From positions 186,001-250,000 of the forward strand of contig JAPETS010000012.1 in NCBI GenBank assembly GCA_026023565.1: 64,000 bases of DNA. Reading direction: 5' to 3'. The position numbers and the translations under genes are program-made. Positions 24,258 through 38,436 of this stretch are shown piece after piece. The notes below the pieces were generated by a model, which worked only from the letters and a program-made list of their open reading frames with translations, searched no databases and was not told where the DNA came from. The stretch comes from Cirrosporium novae-zelandiae (taxonomy: Eukaryota). Position 1 is the first letter of the stretch. Every line of letters begins with the position of its first letter.

Positions 24258-26448
24258 CTACTTCTTCCTCTTCTTCACGGCTTTCTCGCCGGCGGCTGCT
24301 CCGCCGGCCATGCCTGTCAGGATCGCAGAGGCAGCATGAGTGTCAGCAACTTCGGAAATAGAGTCAGCCTTTCTCTTGACAGAAATGCCCATGTGACGTC
24401 CATATCGTCCTTTACGACCATTGCTTTCATCTTCGCTAATACAGCCTTCAATTCCGATACCTGCATCTTTGCAGCGCTGGCATGGCCGTTGGCGATCACA
24501 TCCTTTCTTACTCTTGCGGCAGCGCTGGCAGCGAGGTTTTGTGGAGAGATCCTCTTCATCCTGGCCAAGTTGATGTTGGAAGCTATAAGTGGATGCTGTA
24601 GATGGCTTGCGAGAGTGGGGAGGAAGACTGCTTGGTGAGGCTGGAAGCTTGAATTCGCCGGTTGAAGGAGCCGGGGTTTTGGTCTTCTTAGAATGTGAAC
24701 GAGATTTACTAATCTTAGTATTGACGCGAGTCTTCGTGCTGCTGCCCCTTGATTTTGCGCGAGATTTGACAGGCTTTGGCTTGTCAACGTATTCATCAGC
24801 CTCGCTCTTTATATTTGCGTCCCCTTTGTCAATGTAATCTTCATCTCCATCCGGGTCATCAACGCTTGGATCTGTGTCATCGGATCCTGGAGCGTTATCC
24901 TCTGCGTTCTTGCGCGTACTCTTAACCTTGTTCTTGGGTCGCGCGCTATGGGGTGGAAGAGTGTATGTTTCCTGGTCCTCCACGTCACCATCATTTTCAC
25001 TTGTCGCACCGGTTGAAGAAGCGACGTCAGCTTTACCACTGTAAGCATCATCCATGGTAGATGTAGAGGTGCGACCGTGGGAGATGTTGGATGCATCACC
25101 TAATCGCATCAATTGGAGAGCCACATCTTCGTCGGAGATACAACTAGCAATAGTAGGGTCCGGGGTAGGCAGCACTCCTGGGCCATTGTTTCTAATCAAC
25201 GGTCCCGCACGAGTCACATTATAAGAGGTATTTGTGCGATCTCGAAGTTGATGATGATGTACGGGACCTGCAGATCCAGGTTTTTGTAGTGGCACGGTAT
25301 AAGTTTGATCTCCATAGGAAAAACGAGGTGAAGGGTTCGGTTGATTCAAAAAAATGCGTTGGGGAGGAGCAAAAGGGGAGATAGCATCTTGGCCTATACT
25401 CCTTCGCTGTGGTGATATTGAAGAGGTAGATGCGGTCACTGGGACCTGAGGTGGCTGAAATAGTGGAAGTTCCTAGGGTCACGATATTGTAAGTATAAAC
25501 CCTTCCTAATTAGTTCTAAGGAAGCCTTACGGAGCTTTCAAATTTCGCCTTTTTCCTTCGGCTTTCCGTGACAATGTTGTCGAGACTGATTTCAGCGCTA
25601 GCAAGCTGTTCACTTCTTGCTTTTCTCGAGCTTGTCACTGTCCCTTCATCGGAACTGTAGCCATCCATCGCTTCACTAGCTGTATCCACTGCGCCGTCAT
25701 TTGAGCCTGCGCCACGAGTCTTCATGACTGAACGAGAACGAGATTTCCTGGAGGTGCTTCGAACACCCCTATGGGAACCTGGAGAGATACTGCGATTATG
25801 AGAAACCCTTGATGTTTGTCGCGATGTAGGCCGAGACTGATTGTACTGTGCTTCATGAGACATCATTTGGAATGGCTCCCCAAGACTTGGGCTTTCATGC
25901 ACTCTAACAGGCGATGCACTGTTGTAGGAGGGTGGCTGATATGCTGGTGGAGCGTAAGGGTAATCTGGAATCACACGAACAGACACAGTCATGCCATTTC
26001 TAAAGTTTTCATATCTCGCAATCAGGGTGTTTCCTTGTTCATCCTCGAAGCTGACACCTGCTGTCCCTTCCAGGTTGTAGAGACCGTAGAAGTTTTTGAC
26101 TGTTGCAATAATCGAGTCCGTTGTATCATGTGGAAATATTTTGACTCTCAAAGGAAGTCGTCCACGGCGATGATGCTGGCCTTCATCTATGAGGAGTTCA
26201 AAGGCAACCGATTTCGGGGTAGGCGATCCTGGCGATTGCTGAACAACCGGTGTGTCTGGCTGAGACGTTATGAGCGCACCGTTTGTGGGTGGAGTTATCG
26301 TTTGTTTGTCCATATCCGCTCTGTTCTGAGATGATATAGTAGCTCGAGTCTGGTATTGACGGGATGTAGGTTGGGATTGAGATTCTCCAAGATTGTGAGG
26401 CATTGTGCGATGGTTGGGTTCGTGGGACAGGAGGTTTGCAACATCCAT
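24258..26448 (-). CDS. Uncharacterised protein with a C-terminal Zn(II)2Cys6-type finger
   Basis: Two ORFs joined in frame by intron 25530-25473 (KFESS|ELPLF). Finger CQRCRKSKKGCDRQRPCQRCKDAGIGIEGC and a basic C-terminus KKRKK. The start at MDVANL is inferred. Confidence 0.85.
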
Positions 26449-29400
26449 AACCGCCGCGATAAGCAGCACCTTCTCTTATACAAAATTTATATCCCTCGAT
26501 AGATTATAGATGAACAGAAACAGGCCTGTCGCTATTTGAGCATCCGTATGGTTGAAATGGACGCTGGCGCAAGGGCTTAGGAGAATAGCAAAGGGCGGTC
26601 GGGGGTCGCAGCCTTCTTCTTTCAATAAACAGCGATGTTAGCCCGAGGTACGGTAGGATTCATAATATATATAGATAGATATAGAGGGATTGATAAAACA
26701 GATTGCTAGAATGATAGAATTAAATCAAGTCTTCTCCTCGGAGAGGAGGGAAGGGATGATTGAGCCGATGTAGATCAGAAGGAGCGGGAAAGGTGCATCA
26801 GATGGCCATTAAGAGCCAGGAACCGATCGCATACTTACTAGGAGTCTTTGGTGATGGGAAAGAGAGAAAAATATGCTGTTGACGTGGCTAACGTTGTCTT
26901 CTCCACCAAGGCACCCGGTGTCCGTCTGTTCTAGGCCAGGCAAAGGGTTAGAGACGATGGAGATTGTGGGATCTTCAGGGAAGCCATACAGAATCTGATA
27001 TCCTTGATTGGGAAGCGAATAGATCCTGCGACTGTATCCCTTGACTTTATTAGGGAGCAGGCGACAGTTGTAGGCTTTAATTAATGGAAGAGTGTTTGGT
27101 GTGGTGGAGGATAGAAAGGAAGAGGGAAACGGAGAGTCGCAAGTCAGATCAGCCAGAGCCAAGTGGTTACAACCAAGTCCAATGCAAGGCATAATTACGC
27201 CTGGAAGTTGTAATTTTTCGCAAAATTCATGACGGCCAGCACTCCGAAAAGTTATTATAATTTACAGGATTAATCAACTGGTTTAATCCATCCCACCAAG
27301 ACACTTGTTCCCTTGAAATTCGTATCCATCTTCCGCATATTCCTCGTCTTCATCATCCCCATCATCAACTAGCTCCACCCCCTTGGGGAACCCATTATCA
27401 GAGCATATTTATAGAATATAATAATTCAATTAGATGGACCTAGAAGGGTTCTATATATTATTTCTGGTATTGCTTTATCTATTCTGTTTTGCGACCTAGC
27501 ATGGTTGTCGCAAATCGAGGCTGGCACGTTATGCGCCAGGGCAGATAGACAGCCATCCTACTGATCGACAAACCAGGATGGGTGCACGAATAAGTTTCGA
27601 GAGTATAGAATCCAAGTTGAGGTGTCAAGCCCATCCACTATATTCTTCTTAGCGCTACTCTGCTGCCATCAATTGTCATCAATTGCAAGCGATTAAACGT
27701 CTGATTCCGCCTTTGCCGCACCTATCTTTCAGACGAGGTTTCAGGTCTCTTGGGAAGTGAAATATCTTCTAGCAAACGGATTGATTACGGACTTCATGCC
27801 ATGAGAATGAAAGAGGAAAAGTGCCAAGGTCAAAACCGCCTTATCAATCCTCCCTCTGTCACGACTCACAACGGATTAGCCACCTGCTCGGTCCCTTGAA
27901 GATACACACAACCGGGAGCTCGAGCCAAGGATAGCTATTTGAGCTAATACCCGGTGGTGGACAGTTGGTGCGCTGGTGGTGTTTGTTATGGTGGCGCCAA
28001 TCTGCAAAAATGAGGGTCTTTCAGAAATAGCCAGAAGTCAGAGTTTACTCGAAAGAAAAAGGCGTCTTTTTTGTGTTATTAAGACTATGGTTGACTATGG
28101 TTGACTACTAGCTCCAAAAGGAGCATACCAGTGATACCGCACACAAATCGCACTTGAGATGCGGAGTAGTGCAGAAAGTGCAGAGAGAGACCAGGGATCG
28201 ACGACCAGAGACCAGAGCGGACCTTGCTGGTCTGAAATTCGTACCATGAAGAAAGTTGTACTCTCTCTGTGTAGTGTGTACTGTATGTAGATCGGGGAAC
28301 GAGCGTCTAAGGTTGTACGGAAACCAACAGGTTAGATTGGTTTATTAGTTAGTTAGGCGGACATTTTTACCCATTTTTTTCTTTGCTTGTTTCTTTCCTT
28401 TCTTTCCTGGTCTATGGCCATGAACGTGACTATGTCCAAAAGAGGAGAGAAAGAAGAAGAAAGCTCGAAAAAGACTGTTGGTCTGAATAATATTGTCCGA
28501 GCGACAGTATTCAGGTGTAATTTTTTGGAACCATTGTTGGTTGTTGGGATGGAAGGATAAAGTACCGTTAGTGAGCTGACATGTGTTTGGACTACTGGAG
28601 AAAGCGTCTTGTGCCAATGATTTGATCGTGTGCGTTGAGACATAGAAATCTCGACCGCCATTCAAAGTCCGGTTTCTGTGGTTTCTGCGGCCGCTGTGAG
28701 AGATGGTTGCATCGATAGTTTGAACTTCCGTAAAGGAAGCATTTTCATAGGTGCGCGGACAACTGAATTGCTGCCAGAGAACCAGGATCGGCAGACAGCG
28801 GCAGGAAGTCTGCTCCACCAGCGACCACCTGGCAAGCAAACCCAACAATCATGCGATTCATTGTAGAAAATACGCCAGGAGTCCTGTTCAGTGGTTCTTA
28901 TGAATTCTCCTTCTAACAATCCTGTGTGTCCTTTTGTGTCCTTGGAGGTACCTGGAGGAGCTGCGCATTGAAGAAACAAATCCCAGCGGCCAAATTGAAT
29001 CATGGTAAATCACGTGAGCTTGTGTTTATTCGTGATAACAAGAACGCGATAAGACGGTGGGAAAGGTTTGTATGGTTTGCAACCCCCCAAGTAAGTTGAA
29101 TAATTGATTTCAAAGCAAAAAGGTAATAAGATATCATCTCTATTACTGTTAATTGTTTTTTTGGGCGGCATCCATTTGTTGTTGTTCCAGAAATTGGATT
29201 GAGGTCAAATTTGAGTGACCGTGGTGGACGTGTTGATGGCCTCGCCAAGATTATATGACGACCATTAAACCACTTTGGGACTAGCTTTGTTTACATCTCC
29301 AAATTCAAAATATTGGATCTTCTACCACAAAAACAATGCTGCCCTGCATTCCCTTAAGAAGCACAACTTAACCATCGACATTCTATCGCAGGATACCCCC

Positions 29401-29592
29401 TTCAGTCGCCTTGTATTGGCGATTGATCTGGATGCAGGATTAATTTCACATTGAAGTCTACTTCTTCCTATCTTCATTCCCATTCCCGCCGCTGCCCCTT
29501 TACCACCAAGGGTAAGCGCAACTATCAAAGGTCCAATTCAATATCTGGACATAACATATCTCAATTGATCTTCAACATCATCGCAGGGCATC

Positions 29593-31783
29593 ATGGACGC
29601 AAAAGTAGGTTGTTTTTACTCTGTCAACTGGTCGTGGTTGGTGCACTGGGTATGTTTGGGTCAAGCAAGGTTTTCGGTTCCGTGGTTCCAACTTACCCAA
29701 ACATTCCATTGCACCTTGACAATTTGTTAACATTGCAATCCTCCTGGAGACTTGTGCTAACCTGGGTACTTTCTCATAGCCACAACGACCTACTCGGAAC
29801 TTTCGAGTACGAGCCGACGAGAACGTGCCACCAGCTGTAGTTGGTAGCAAGTCACTCCACCAACGCCATAAATCCACTCCTTCCCTGTCGACAATGCTTG
29901 GAGGTGGTGGTCTGAAGGCCGCTGCAAAGCGTGCTGCATTTGGCGATGTTAGCAATACAAACGCGCAGATTCGATCCACCAAAGACGATTCGATTGCTGC
30001 CGCGAAAGCAAGTATTGAAGTACACGAGAAAGCAATCCACACCCAAGAAGACAAGAAAGCTGGAGCGCTACAAAGGCCAGCCCAACGCCCTATATCCGTG
30101 TCGAATCTCAGAGGGCTACTAAACAACGTCAATCCTCTCCATAAACAGCCTTTAGTGGAGAAACCCTACCCAGCCTCGACTGCCAATACACGAAAAACAC
30201 TCAGCAAACACCGTACCGCTGTCTTCAAAGACCCAGTCCCATCTAACGAAGAACCGCATATTAAAATAGAGAGGCAATCGTCAACAAACGCCTCGGTCGC
30301 GCCAATCCACCGCAATCGTGACTCAAAATCTAAGCCAACTAATATCCAGAGAACATCCTCCATAGCAGCACAGAGAGCTGTCGCAGAATCATACGTGAAA
30401 CCCAGCAATGCTGTCCTAGCACTCCAACATGGAAAACCAGCGGCAGTTCCCGATTCATCGAAGTCAGTTGACGCGGTTGCCAGGAACGCGGATGGTATTT
30501 CTCTAAAGAAGGCTGGAACTATCCGTGTCCACAAAAATTCTTCCCACAATGTTGAAATTAAACAAGATATCAGTAACTCGGATCACGAGTCGGTTAAAGA
30601 AAACGAGAAAGCTTCGTCTGACGTCAACATCGCGCCTGCTGTTTCTAAAGTGGAGGTTATCCGTACTGATCCACAGGCGCCCCATTCTGCTCCAATCCCT
30701 GTCGAATCCGAGATAGAAGAATATTGGGATGACGAGGAAGATGACGAGGGCTACGAAGAGACCGGCTATGTTACTGCGCAGTCCTTTCGCTCGCGTACGG
30801 ATAACACGACCGGTGGTGCTACGACGGTTGTTGTTCCAGCAGTAAATCAGAAGATCGAGAAGGAATTGGCCTTGGCGAAACAATTGATTGAAGCAACAAA
30901 GACGCCAGAGGAAATTGAAGATGAAAGCTGGGATACGAGCATGGTGGCAGAATACGGAGATGAGATCTTTGACTATATGAGAACTCTCGAGAAAAAGATG
31001 CTCCCAAATGCGCATTACATGGACAACCAAGCAGAGATCACCTGGTCAATGCGTTCAGTGTTGATGGACTGGCTCGTTCAGGTTCATCATCGTTTTAACC
31101 TTCTTCCAGAAACTCTCTTCTTGTGTGTTAACTACATCGACCGATTCCTCTCTTGTAAGATTGTTTCGTTAGGGAAACTCCAGCTCGTTGGTGCCACGGC
31201 CATCTTTATCGCTGCTAAATACGAAGAGATCAACTGCCCCTCCGTACAGGAGATTGTGTACATGGTTGATGGCAGTTATGCTGTTGATGAATTGCTCAAA
31301 GCAGAGCGCTTCATGCTAAGCATGTTGCAGTTCGAGCTTGGCTGGCCTGGTCCTATGAGCTTCCTTCGTCGAATTAGTAAAGCCGATGACTATGACCTTG
31401 AGACCCGAACTTTGGCCAAGTATTTTCTCGAGATTACCATCATGGATGAACGTTTTGTTGGAAGCCCGCCAAGTTTTACATCTGCTGGGGCACACTGCCT
31501 CGCTCGGTTAATGTTGAGGAAAGGATGCTGGTCCGCCGCTCATGTATATTATTCTGGATACACCTACTCTCAACTGTATAAACTGGTTTCCCTCATGCTG
31601 GAGTGTTGCGAAAATCCACAAAAACATCATTCTGCCGTTTACGAGAAGTTTATGGATAAACGGTACAAGTGTGCTGCTCGTTTTGTTGAGTCGGAGTTGA
31701 AGAAAGGTTTCAACTTGCCACCAGCATCAACAACCTCTCTACCACTAACCATGAACATCTCAAAGGTAATTTCTCCCTGGTGA
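29593..31783 (+). CDS. B-type (Clb3-like) G2/M cyclin
   Basis: Micro-exon MDAK (29593-29604), intron 29605-29779, then PQR...DENVPP. Destruction box RAAFGDVSN; cyclin box MRSVLMDWLVQVH...KLQLVG...AAKYEE. Confidence 0.95.
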
Positions 31784-33857
31784 TTGAAATCGCCTCATTT
31801 GCTGTAATACTTTGTTGGAATCTATCATGACGCCTCTCCGGTTTCCTCGCTATAATGTCGTGACTCTACGAAATCAAACTTTGCTCACACTCCATTGAGA
31901 ACCGCCCCTAAAAGTGGCAGATACCTTTTTGGAGAGCTTGGCCCCTGCATGCATTCATCTATATGTCATGCATCTCGGGTATTCACGAGCTAAGTTTAAT
32001 CGGCGATAGACATGATGACTCAAAATTCTTGCGCACTTTTTTCGACACTATCTGATCCCTTTGGTTTTATCAACGCTCTCTAATAACATTAATCCCAATC
32101 AACACATTTTTGCGTTTTGTATTACAGCAAGCGACAATCCTCAGATTTTAGCTAATGAGGCTAATGACGGAATGAAGCTATGATGTACAGCGCTGGACAC
32201 TGCCTCAGCCTTTTGTGTGCTATTACAATCATCGGTCTGTTTTAATTGGCGTTTTGAGTATCCACCAACAAAAAATTTCTCGGCGCGGTAGTAGTGTGTG
32301 ATCTACTGATTTTCGGTTCTATCGAGCGCGTCGGCAACAATAAAGGTGGCAACTTGCTTATTTGCTTTATCGGTATGGAAGGGAACATCCGGAATTGGAT
32401 GTGGAATTGCTAGAACATAGCATTAAAGGAATTGAATCGACGTGGAGTATGGATGGCTTGTACTGGTTCAAAGAAGGACGGTATTCTACAAGTGTTTGGA
32501 CTTGAAGGAACGGAACATGGAATCGACAGAGAATCGACTAGTAAAAACCTGTTCCTGGATTAAGGAACGGAACGGGAACATGGTGTATGAGCTGGGCTTA
32601 AAGCCGATATGGCTTATGTTTTTTCAAGGAAATGAAAGGGCATCACATGGAGGAGGCACAGCTCTTTTACTCTTTTTACTTTTTTTTTACTTTTTTTACT
32701 TTTTTTTTTACTCAGGTTTACTTACTACTACCACTGCTACTGCTACTACTACAGCTTTGATAGCTCATCAAGTAGCTAGAAAGACAGAGATGCACATGCA
32801 CAATCAGGATTATCAAAAAACACATTATATTAGAGATTAGAAGAAGCATTAGACTATATTATATTGTACAGTATTATGTTTGCCTAGCATTCGCCTTTTT
32901 TTCTCTCGCCTTTTTTTCTCTCGCCTTTTTTTCTCTCCCCTCATCTTTCTTGCTTTCTCTCCCTCATGTGTACAGTACATGTACACGTTTGTTAACAATA
33001 GAATATATCAAAACCCGATGGATATGATTCAACTACACCCGTTATACCCGTTACCCGAAAATCAAGTCTTGGAGAAAAAAAAGAAAAAAAAAAACGACAG
33101 AACGATATAATATGCATATGCATATAGTACATGTACATGCATGCCCATGCCGTCCGTACACGCATAATTTACTGCAACTCTGTAACTACCTAGGTATCTA
33201 GGTACTTTTTCCCTTTCCCTCCCGTCTCCCGCCTCGCAAAAAAAACCTGCATATAATACGCATACCCGTTACCCACGCATACGCATACGCATATAGTCTA
33301 ACCAATCCCTCCATTAACTTTCTACTTTCTTACTTTTGCCGTTTCCATGGCAATATGCAAGTACCATGCAAATGCAATAACCAAAAACCAAAAAATTAAA
33401 TTAAATTAATTCTCCGTTTTTTTTCTCGGTTTCTTTTTTCCTTTTTCTTTTTTTTATCCGATTCGTTGGTTCATGTAGGGTGCGTGGGGGGCTGATACTT
33501 GATACCTTGATGCATGTGAGTGTTTGGGGGAGGGGAAGGGGAGGGGGGGGGATGGTGGTGATGGCACGCGTGTGTATGTATGTATGTGCATGGAATATCT
33601 ACTCGAGTAATACCAGATGTTGATTTTTTTTGTTATTTTGTTTTTGTTGTTTTTGTTTTTTTGTTGTTGTTGCTTGTTTTTTTTGGTTGTTGATGGTTGG
33701 TGTTGATTGGTGGGTTGGCGTTGGTGTTGGTGTTTGGTGTGTTTCAGGATTTATAGTTTCGTGGGATTGGGATTGGGGTTTGGAATGAGGGAAGGAAAGG
33801 AAGGAAGGAAGGAGTTGCTTGGTTTAGCTAGCTAGTTTGCTTATGCACGTGTGTGTA

Positions 33858-33860
<3 letters not shown>

Positions 33861-33896
<36 letters not shown>
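33861..33896. repeat. (GT)18 microsatellite
   Basis: Directly visible. Confidence 0.97.
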
Positions 33897-33897
<1 letters not shown>

Positions 33898-34172
33898 GTT
33901 ACTGAGGGCGGGAGCGGGGTTTGTTTTTGTTTTTGTTTTGTTTTGCTTTCTTCTTCTTCTTCTTGGGTTTGGGTGACTTACCTATATTGGAATAGATATG
34001 AAATGGGTGGGTGGATGGATTGGGATTTGTTGATTCTGTTTATATTTTTATGGATTGGTTGATCCTATCCCGATATTAGCTAACCAACTACCTATCTATA
34101 CCTATACCTATCTATCCAGTTTTTCTCTCCTCTTCCCCTCTTCCCTCTTCCTCATTCCTCTATTCAGACAAC

Positions 34173-37100
34173 CTACTCATCTAATCCATTCCCCCTAACT
34201 AACCACCCCACAACCTCCACGACCTCCCTTTCCCAGGGCGAGAATTCCACCCCGGGACAATCAATCTTAGCCGCCAGGACCTTATCAAGTAGTTTCCGTA
34301 ACTGGGAAACCAGAACCCCGATTCTGGACCAGGCACGCACGTGAAGCCAATTATCGATGCGTAGGCCACGGTGAGGGATGTCGAGGGCTAGGGGGCCCGA
34401 AAGGAGGAGTGCTGTGTAGGGGTTAAATGCTATTTCCAGGATGTCAGTTAGTTACTTGGGTAAGCTAGGGGGCGGAGAAGGGAAGGGAAGGGGAGTGTTG
34501 GGGATGGGGTAAAAACACACGTGTTAATTCGCGAATAAAGACTTTGGATGTTTCGCCCTTGATGAAATAGCTCATGTAGCAGGAGCCCCCTGGGAATCCT
34601 TGGGCGTCGAAGAGGGTGCTACTGGGGTGAACGAAGACGCGGCCGTTTTCTTCATTGAAGTAGCGGATTGTACGGGCTTCTGGGTCGATCTCCACGGCGC
34701 CAGAGATACTGGGGGCGAATTTCTTGGTCGGCAGGGAGATTAGTGCGGTTTGGGGGTTGAAACTTCCGGCTATGAGGGCGCGGAGGAGGGGGGTGTTGTT
34801 GGTTGTGGCCGTGGTAGTGGTGGATTTAGTGGAGGAGTAGGAAGGGGGGATGAGGCCGGTGTCTGTGAGGGCCGTGAGAAGCTGAGAACGATTGGAGGAG
34901 ATGTCGAAGAGAGTTCGTTCTGAGAGGAAGTTCTGATCACACCAGGCACGGAGTTCGTATCTGGATGTACGGTTGGCTCGGAGCTCGCTCCATTGTTCGT
35001 AGGCGCGCAGATCGCAGATTATGTCGCCTTCTCCCTTTGCGAAGGACCTGCGGGCTGCTTTGGAGGCATCGCGTTTATCCTGCGGGGAGACGAAGGGGGA
35101 TTTCACCGTTAGAATTGCGGCGATGGTGAGGGTGGCATCTAAGCAATCGAATATTGTGCCGTAGACCAGTAGTTTGCTGCACCGGAGATCTGCCGGAATG
35201 AGGGCGAGATGACGACCCAGAGCAGTGATTTCGGTATTGTCAAGGGCTCCCATGCGGTGAAGGAGGGTTATTGCCCCTTCGACTGCTGCAGATTTGGGTG
35301 GGGTTAAGGCCTTAGAGATGAACTGGGAAACGTCTACGACGCCCATTGCTTTTACTGATAGACACAATTGCTCCAATGGTACCCTTGTGATTTCTGGATC
35401 TGGCCGTAGTAACATTTTTGATTCGGCGTTTCGTGTAAAGAGTTTGTAGCATGTTCCTGCCCTGACTCTTCCTGCTCGTCCCCGTCGTTGTTTACATGCT
35501 GCTTGGGAAGCCCATGTCTCGTCGAGTCTGACCATGTTGCTTTGCGGGTCAAAACTGGTCTCTTTGACGCGGCCAGTGTCAATTACGGCGACAATATCCT
35601 CGATTGTGATTGAGGTTTCAGCAACATTAGTCGCGGCGATAACCTTTCTTTTCCCATGAGGTGGTGGGAGAAAAACGCGTCGTTGCTCTGCGGGCGGGAG
35701 AGAGGCATGGAGAGGGAGGCCGTGGACGTTGGCGACTCTGGAGAGGGCATCGAGACATCGATTTATTTCTAGAGTGCCGGGAAGGAATATAAGAACCCCT
35801 CCCGGTTTGTCTCCTAATTGAAAATCTATATAACGGACTGTAGCAGCGATAAGGTCATAATCAATACCCATTTTCATAGAAGTAATGGTGCGGGCAACAT
35901 CTTTTTCGTTTCTATCTTCATCAGTTTGTAGCTGCTCTTGCATTTGTCGATCAGGCGAGAAGCCCGTTCTTCGAATAACGTCATCCAGGTATACATCCTC
36001 GACAGGATATGTTCGACCTTGAATTTCAATCTGCCCAACCCTTTGGGGACCACCAAAGTACCGAGAGAAGACTGCTGAATCAAGCGTAGCACTCATAAGT
36101 ATTAGTTTTAAATCAGACCGTTTTTGGAGAATTTCCCTCATCAAGATTAATAGGAAGTCGGTATCCAGCGACCTTTCATGGACCTCATCAACAACAACAT
36201 GGGTAACATCTGCCAGAGCCGAAGCTGCATCATGGTTTGGATCCCTCGAATTTTGTAATCGTCGGAGAAGGACACCAGTCGTAACAAACGAAATCTTTGT
36301 AACACCGGGCTTGAATTTTGATTCTCCTCGGATGGCGTATCCGACTTCGTCGCCAACGGTTGAACATCGTTCATCACTCACCCGATCGGCAAGGCCTAAG
36401 GCGGAGATCCTCCTAGGTTGTGTGCAGACAATACTAGCAGTCGCTCCGAGCTCCCTCTGTATTAAGTCATCTAGAATAAACTGTACAGACTGTGTCGACT
36501 TGCCACTTCCGGTCTCCCCGGATATGATTGTGATTTGATATTTGTTGACTGCTGCAACGATTTCATCTTTCAGGGACCAAGCTGGTAGAGACTCGCGAGC
36601 AGCTTGCATCTTCTTTTGCTGGGGCATTGCTTGCTTGGCTTTCCAATCTGCCAAAATTTTCAAGCTCTTGTTTTTATCGTTGCCGGGTGATCTGCGATAT
36701 GGCATCTTTCCATGCTTCATGGACCCGATAGACGTGTTGGTGGCACTAGGCTTGCTCTCCGCAGCTACAGATGCAGCTGCTGAGATCTCGCGAAGCTTTC
36801 CTGGGTTTTCAACAATAGCTTGAATATTGTTTTCAAGCCAATCTATTATATTAAAAATCATTGGCTCGCCCAAAAGCGAGCTTGTAAAATGTATTGCTTG
36901 GCGAATAATACTTAGTCGAATATATGCAGGGAGATTTTCGGACTGCAGTAGAATAACAGGAACATTTTCCGGGTAGGATTTAGTAGGCCTCTGGAATTGG
37001 AAAATAAAATCAGACTTCAAAGTTATCTTGATTTGGCACTTCCTTGGAGACACTGCATTATAATGGTCGCCAAAAATTGCCTCCAAGGTGGCTTGCTCTT

Positions 37101-38436
37101 CAGTCCATGGGTCATCAACATCAATCCCCGAGTCCTGATTCAATGTCTCGCCTTTCAACTCGTGCCCACAAAGGATTTGTTGAAGTATCTCTGCAGACCT
37201 TGCTTCGTCGCTTCCATACTTATCAAATACCTTCTCACAAAGATCCCTCGAGTATCCACTCTCACTCAATCTCTTAATAGAAGCCTCCCTCTTCAAGTCG
37301 CTACTTGCCATACTCACACCAGCGGAGTAATTTTCAGGCAAACTCCAAGATGGTAAGTCATCTTCCGGAACATGTATTAACAACCACTCCAATGTCTCCT
37401 CACGGTCTTTGCATTCAGCGACCGCCTCTTCAATATGAGCTTTCCGAAACCCCAATTGGGTAAAGTCATTAATTGTAGATATTCGTTCATTTTCAGGGAA
37501 CGTATGTCCATAAGGATTCCAAACAGCGGTTTTTCTAACCAAATCTTCAACAGCCGTGCGAGTTTTTCTTCCCATGTCAACTTTCGGTGCCTTTTTCCAT
37601 CTCCAATCTTGATTTGAAGTGTGTGAGATCTCCTTTCCAGCACTTGTATTTGTTCCGTGTTGTAAAATTCCAAGATTGCTCGGTAATTCCGTCTTTTTCG
37701 CCTCCTCTTTTCTCTTCTGAATTTCTTCCCGTTTCTTGGCCGCTGTAGCATGCGCTTCTTCCCTTTCTATTTTCATAGCAAATGGATCCGCTGCATACAT
37801 CCAGTCTCTAGCCTCTCTCTCGTCTTCCTTTTTTAATTCTTGAAACTCTCCTTTCCATAAGTCCCTGTATGTAGGTGGAAGCATCATATGCAAATTCTTC
37901 ATGCTGCAGACCCGGAAAAGCGCATACGTAGCCGCAAAATGCCGAGCCTCAACAGCTGTAGCTTGTACAGCAAGGTTTTTATGGGTTGGAGGTAGCTTGA
38001 ATGGCGGGAGAACCATGTGCTCTTTGGTCTTTGGATGTGTAGATTTTAGTATAACCATGGATGAAAATCCTTCAGGTTGTTTGTGCATGGTATATTCCGG
38101 CTTATCCCACCTCTGCTTCTGGCAATGCTCTGAAAGCAAATTCATCGGAAGCTTTCCAGTCCATGATGCACCTCCAATTAGTTTCCTCGTATCAGGGCGC
38201 TTTGGAGCATCAGAAGCAGCCGCCTGTGAGCTGGATTCAGCTACATTTTTGCCTTTACTATTTTGGGTCGAAGTTTTAGCCGGTTTTGGGTCGTCTTTTG
38301 CGTTTGAAAAGACTATATTCAATCCATCGTCTGTGTTGTTTGGCGCCTTATTGTTCGCTGGACCTTTGCCTTTGGCTGCTCCGCCTCCGCCACGATGACC
38401 GTGACCGTGACTGTGTCCTTGCCCCTTTTTGGGCAT
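34173..38436 (-). CDS. DEAH/RHA RNA helicase, DHX57/YLR419W-like (UBA, RWD, helicase, HA2, OB domains)
   Basis: Motifs GETGSGKST, TQPRRISA, DEVH, MSAT, ATNVAETSIT, QRRGRAGR. Intron 34520-34430 adds a last exon ending VVGWLVRGNGLDE*. Confidence 0.93.

Noticed and set aside
28345..29248. Several 60-167 aa ORFs in the divergent C6/cyclin intergenic region
   Set aside because: No recognisable motifs, overlapping frames, low-complexity ends; most likely chance ORFs.
31935..31955. TGGCCCCTGC resembling U6 snRNA
   Set aside because: The ACAGAGA box and the rest of U6 are absent; it lies in the cyclin 3' region.
34173..34520. Apparent odd or truncated helicase C-terminus in the ORF track
   Set aside because: Explained by intron 34520-34430; the last exon is intact.
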